A stretch of 63,786 nt of DNA, filler included, from Octopus bimaculoides (taxonomy: Eukaryota), in NCBI RefSeq assembly GCF_001194135.2. It is 3 parts of 3 records of this genome, joined end to end, with 100 filler letters (N's around TTAATTAATTAA, not from the genome) between each part and the next. Parts side by side here need not be neighbours in the genome. Positions count along the whole stretch, not along the records: positions 46,330 to 63,786 come from NC_068987.1; 2 more parts are not named here. One strand, written 5' to 3'. The position numbers and the translations under genes are program-made. Below, piece by piece: positions 58,618 through 63,786 of the stretch; positions within the stretch are counted from its first letter, which is position 1; each line of letters begins with the position of its first letter. Below the pieces are notes generated by a model that saw nothing but the letters and a program-made list of their open reading frames with translations, made no database searches and was not told where the DNA came from.

Positions 58618-59320
58618 ACTTTTTCCTTTTTCTCTGTCTTTTTCTTTTTCTCTGTCTTTTTCTTTTTCTCTGTCTTTTTCTTTTTCTCTGTCTTTTTCTT
58701 TTTCTTNNNNNNNNNNNNNNNNNNNNNNNNNNNNNNNNNNNNNNNNNNNNNNNNNNNNNNNNNNNNNNNNNNNNNNNNNNNNNNNNNNNNNNNNNNNNNN
58801 NNNNNNNNNNNNNNNNNNNNNNNNNNNNNNNNNNNNNNNNNNNNNNNNNNNNNNNNNNNNNNNNNNNNNNNNNNNNNNNNNNNNNNNNNNNNNNNNNNNN
58901 NNNNNNNNNNNNNNNNNNNNNNNNNNNNNNNNNNNNNNNNNNNNNNNNNNNNNNNNNNNNNNNNNNNNNNNNNNNNNNNNNNNNNNNNNNNNNNNNNNNN
59001 NNNNNNNNNNNNNNNNNNNNNNNNNNNNNNNNNNNNNNNNNNNNNNNNNNNNNNNNNNNNNNNNNNNNNNNNNNNNNNNNNNNNNNNNNNNNNNNNNNNN
59101 NNNNNNNNNNNNNNNNNNNNNNNNNNNNNNNNNNNNNNNNNNNNNNNNNNNNNNNNNNNNNNNNNNNNNNNNNNNNNNNNNNNNNNNNNNNNNNNNNNNN
59201 NNNNNNNNNNNNNNNNNNNNNNNNNNNNNNNNNNNNNCCTTTTTCTCTGTCTTTTTCTTTTTCTCTGTCTTTTTCTTTTTCTCTGTCTTTTTCTTTTTCT
59301 CTGTCTTTTTCTTTTTCTTT
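58618..59320. repeat. 18-bp pyrimidine minisatellite (CTTTTTCTTTTTCTCTGT)n spanning an assembly gap
   Basis: Perfect units on both sides of the N-run 58707-59237. Confidence 0.9.
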
Positions 59321-59485
59321 GTGATGTAATCTTGTAATCTTGGGACTGTATATGTTTGCGGCTGAAGATAGCCTTAAACCAACCTTTATATCAACAACAT
59401 ATACTGATGTAATGACAGTTTTTGTATAAAGCTTGAAACACGTGTACCGCGATATCCTCTGTGTTCTATTTTCAATTTACTTTTA

Positions 59486-59525
<40 letters not shown>

Positions 59526-59886
59526 GTATGTATGTATGTATGTATTGCAGATATGTATGAGTACACGCGTGTAGGCACACACACTCACACACATACACAC
59601 TTATATACATACGATGCATGCATACACTAATTCAAACATACATACATACATGCAAACATACAACCATGCATGCATATCTATATATACATACCATTACAGA
59701 AAATTACAGCAAATTATAGAAAATTATAGAATATTTACAAAAAGTTACACAATTACAGAAAAAAATATGTGCATATACGATTACATACATACACACACAC
59801 AGACGCACATATACATGCATATGCATATTATTTTAAAGACAGCTAGAGAGCTAGACGCTCACACATACATGCACACTAACATAGAA

Positions 59887-59937
<51 letters not shown>

Positions 59938-62900
59938 GAAGCATACCCATTAACATATACTACACGTGTAAATTGCTTGTAGGTTCAGGTAAATTGTTAA
60001 AATTTATAACACATCGTGATGCTCTATTGTTGCCTTGGTGATGCAATGATACTCTGGTTTTCCAATATAGAATTGCACTTAAAACCCTTTAATGTTTTTG
60101 CCTTTGACATTTCACCATACGTGCAACAGACTTACCAATTCGATTCTCATCCTGTCATTATTTATCTCCCCATTATCTGACATATTTCTCCTTCTCTCCA
60201 TCACGTGTTATCCATGTAGACGCAGCATCTGTAGGTTTGAGTGCAGCCGTCAGTGTATCGCTTTCACTCTTTCTAACGTTCTACACTTTGTCACTCCTAA
60301 TACTAATCACTTCCAATAGATATACGTCTCCTCTTTAACTCTCCATTTCATATCAGTTGCCATAATGTCTCCCTTACACAGGCATCGCTTTCCTAGATCA
60401 TTATTTCATTAACAGTCTTTCATTCTCTCTCATTTTCCGTCTCTCTTTTGTATATATATGTATGTGTATATATATATATATGTGTATATATATATATGTA
60501 TGTGTGTATATATATATATACACGGAATGTTTAAAATATCAATGACTGATAACCTGAAATCCCATTTGAATAATTTGATGTACGAAGTCGCCAATTCAAT
60601 GAATGTACAGTGTATATCGTTATTACCAATATCTCTCTTTTACGTACCAGCTGTTCTTTGCGCATATTTCTATATCTTTTATTCTTAAATTTTCACTGGA
60701 TGGTTTATGTCGATCATATTTAAGACTTCAACATTTACCCGGTGGATCAGTGCAACTTTTTACACTATTACTGTGATTTCAGTAACTTTCCATTTGTATA
60801 CCACTCTTCATTGAAGTCATTTACACTCTTGTGGATGTTATTTGGAAAGCAATTACATTGAGCATACATGCTTTGCATGTATTTGTTCATACAAGTATTC
60901 CTATTAGTTCTGGCAAAATGGTGACCAAATTAAACAGAACTAGTTGAACTCACCTTAACACTCTTCTACACAAGGTTCTTTGAAATCTGCAATTACTAAG
61001 AATATACCTGCTTATTAGATTGAGGGAAAATAGTTGTGATTAGAGCTGACGTATAAATGACATAGTAGAATAATACAATATAACTTCCCTCCTATTGTTA
61101 TTATTAATTAGTGGAAGTGACTCTCTGTGTATATATTGTATATTCAAGAAATCTCTTCTATTTAAGAGTTCATTATTATAATCTGCAGCACGATTAAATT
61201 ACTGTTCATCGGAAGTTATCCAGGCCGTTCTTTTTAATGATATTAGCAGATAAATTCCTCAGAATAGAAGATGATTGGAGATTTATGGAAATACTGAAAT
61301 ATATATCACAGGGTTGTTTAAATGAATGAAATGTTCCTGAAATTAAAGTAGGAGATATATTATTAAAAAAGTTAATTAACTAGTATGTGTACTTACAATA
61401 GTAATGGTGAAATTGAACCATTCACCTTCATCGTATCAAGCTTACTAATTAGTGGCATATCTAATTAAGAATGTTTTCTCTTAGAGGTTAAAATTAATTG
61501 GCCAGCTACGTAAATACCTAGATGTGTAGGATTAACATTAGTCGGAAGTGCATCTAAGATGAATAACCCAGTTGGGTAGTAAACTTAATTGGAACTTGTA
61601 ATAGAGACCGATACTAACTAATTACTGTTCAAACGTTCTAAATTAGTACATTCAAAATGCTATGCGTGCATATACTAGCAAAGTTAAAGCACGGCGTTGG
61701 AATGAGCGGCTTTTAGCAATTCTCCCAGGTCTCTGCACTCTATATTAAAATGCCGCTAAAGTGGACCTTACCTTTCATACTAAATAAATTATCTCTCCTG
61801 TATTGATAGATTAAAGTGTTTCGATTTCTTCTCTGTTTTTGTGTATAAGTAATCAGTTTGAAAAATGACCCAGAGAGATGGAGATGCTTTGCCGATCCGG
61901 ATGCATATTTCTTGTCAGTATCTCTATAACGAAGCGTTTGAGAGCCAAAGTTGTGTGATTGAGTTTATGTGTTTCCACGCACGCGAGCACACTCACATAC
62001 ATATGCATACAAGCTCACGCAAATGCACGCGCACACATACACATAGATACTAAAACACTCACACATTCACACACACGTGCGTGTGTGTGACTGTGTGCAT
62101 TTATGCAAACTGGCAAGAAAGATGAATGCGCATTAGTGATAATTAATTGAATTTGAAAAATTACGGGTCACAGAGAAAAGGTAACTTTAAAATATTGCAC
62201 CACCTGAAGTTGAAATCTGAAATTAAATAATGTGCCCTTTGGGGGAAAGTAAAAAACCTCAAACAAAGTTACGGGAAAATTTAAAGTGAAGATTAGGGCG
62301 CACAAAAGTGTGTACATCCTTTTACATTTGAATAAAACGAACAACATACTGAATATTTTGTTGCAACTTCAGCTGCAATATTTTAAGGCTTCCACTTCTT
62401 CATGTGCACTTTTCCAGTTCCAATTAAGAACGTTAATGAGCATGCAATGAGTACAAAACTTAATTGCCTTACATTTACCCCAAAATATAAAGTATATAAA
62501 AATGTGAATGAGGAAGCAGAAATGAAGGAGACACATGACAAATAGACAACAGTTAATAAAATAAATGCCACCAAAATAACATCGTTAGGAAAGATACTTG
62601 CCAGCCAGTTCGAACGAAAAGATATTTAATTTCGATAACATTCTCGAGAAGCAATTTGCACTCATTGTAAACCTCCTCATCTTAGCCAATAAAGTTTTAA
62701 ATATTTACAACGATTTTCATATATTATTAACATGGTGGAGAAATTGCTACAAAAACATATTTTCCCTACGAAGATCACTGCAGCAATGTATGCTTGATAT
62801 GAACGGAATTATAATTGACGAGTAAAACGCTAACCAAGCAGTAAGTGTCGAGCGCGTCGGGTACATAAACAATTTGTATGTCTATACGAATCTGTGAAAT

Positions 62901-63705
62901 GCATCTAAATTTGCATTAAATTAAGCTTGAAGGCTTAAACGATGTTTTCAAATATTTCAAACGTCTGAATTACATCGATGCACCCTCTCTTTTCCTTTCT
63001 CATCAATAAAGATGTAGAGCTCAAAATATACCTAATAATTCTGTATAGGTGGCTGGTCAAAATGGGAAGAATTGCATTTCTTAATTCTGTGGGTAAAGAG
63101 TCCTATTTCGGAAGCCGGAGTAAAGGTAAAATGAAAAACATGGAATTTTAGAAACAAGAATATTTTTCAATATTTTAGTTGTTATATCTAGCATTTCGAG
63201 AGACCACGTTTAAGTATTCGTCCATTCGAATGATAGCTGGATAGGAATCCATGCATACATGAACAGTACTTTTATTTCTATTGTGAGGGTACGAAGTTCA
63301 TTTAGAACAAAAAAGAAAGAAATTTTACAAGAAATTATTTTTAAGAGATTACTTTAGTATTTCAAGACGGTCGAATGACCATATCGAGGCTTTCATAATT
63401 TCACCAGGTGTCTCGACAAACAATCAGACATGCAGATGTAGGCGGTTGAGAATGCAGTCTTCTATAACGTTGGTACGTAAGACGAGAGTGAAAGCAGTAA
63501 GATTTTAACAAAATCGATATCTTGAAATACCTACCTACCTACCTACTACCTACCTACCTACTACCTACCTACCTACTACCTACCTACCTACCTACCTACC
63601 TACCTACCTACCTGCATACGTACATACATACATACATACATACATGCATACATACATACATACATACAAACAAACACACACACACGCACACACACACACA
63701 CATGC

Positions 63706-63736
<31 letters not shown>

Positions 63737-63786
63737 CATGTATTTAGGTATGTATGTAAGTATTTATATATATATATATATATATA

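Noticed and set aside
62383-62900. Hydrophobic minus-strand ORF, and a plus-strand LTWWRN...SVERV resemblance to a hAT dimerisation domain
   Set aside because: The hydrophobic ORF is the antisense of K/N/E-rich AT-rich DNA; the hAT similarity is too fragmentary to call without an HMM search.

Overview
AT-rich, microsatellite- and SINE-dense animal genomic DNA. From my recollection of the SINE/RTE families and the (AT)n/(CA)n/(ATC)n landscape it is most likely a coleoid cephalopod such as Octopus (inference, not a database result). The window is not contiguous. Two identical 100-bp spacers (44 N + TTAATTAATTAA + 44 N) at 31421-31520 and 46230-46329 join three probably unrelated scaffolds. The one well-supported protein-coding gene is a minus-strand N4BP2/NONU-1-like gene. 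I reconstructed it by hand as 15 GT-AG exons with consistent phases between 29774 and 12550, giving about 838 visible codons; the 5' start is not found in the window. Its domain order is PAM2-like motif, P-loop polynucleotide kinase, acidic linker, CUE, DUF1771-like helix, Smr nuclease. The most interesting signals are a perfect PAM2 (PABP-binding) consensus at the N-terminus of this ribosome-quality-control nuclease and a degenerate ~39-nt tandem array in its putative 3' UTR. The rest of the window is transposon debris (RTE, CR1-like, Gypsy, Tc1/mariner, piggyBac-, Tigger- and Helentron-like MITEs, several tRNA-derived SINE families), simple repeats, assembly gaps and a few weak orphan-exon candidates.
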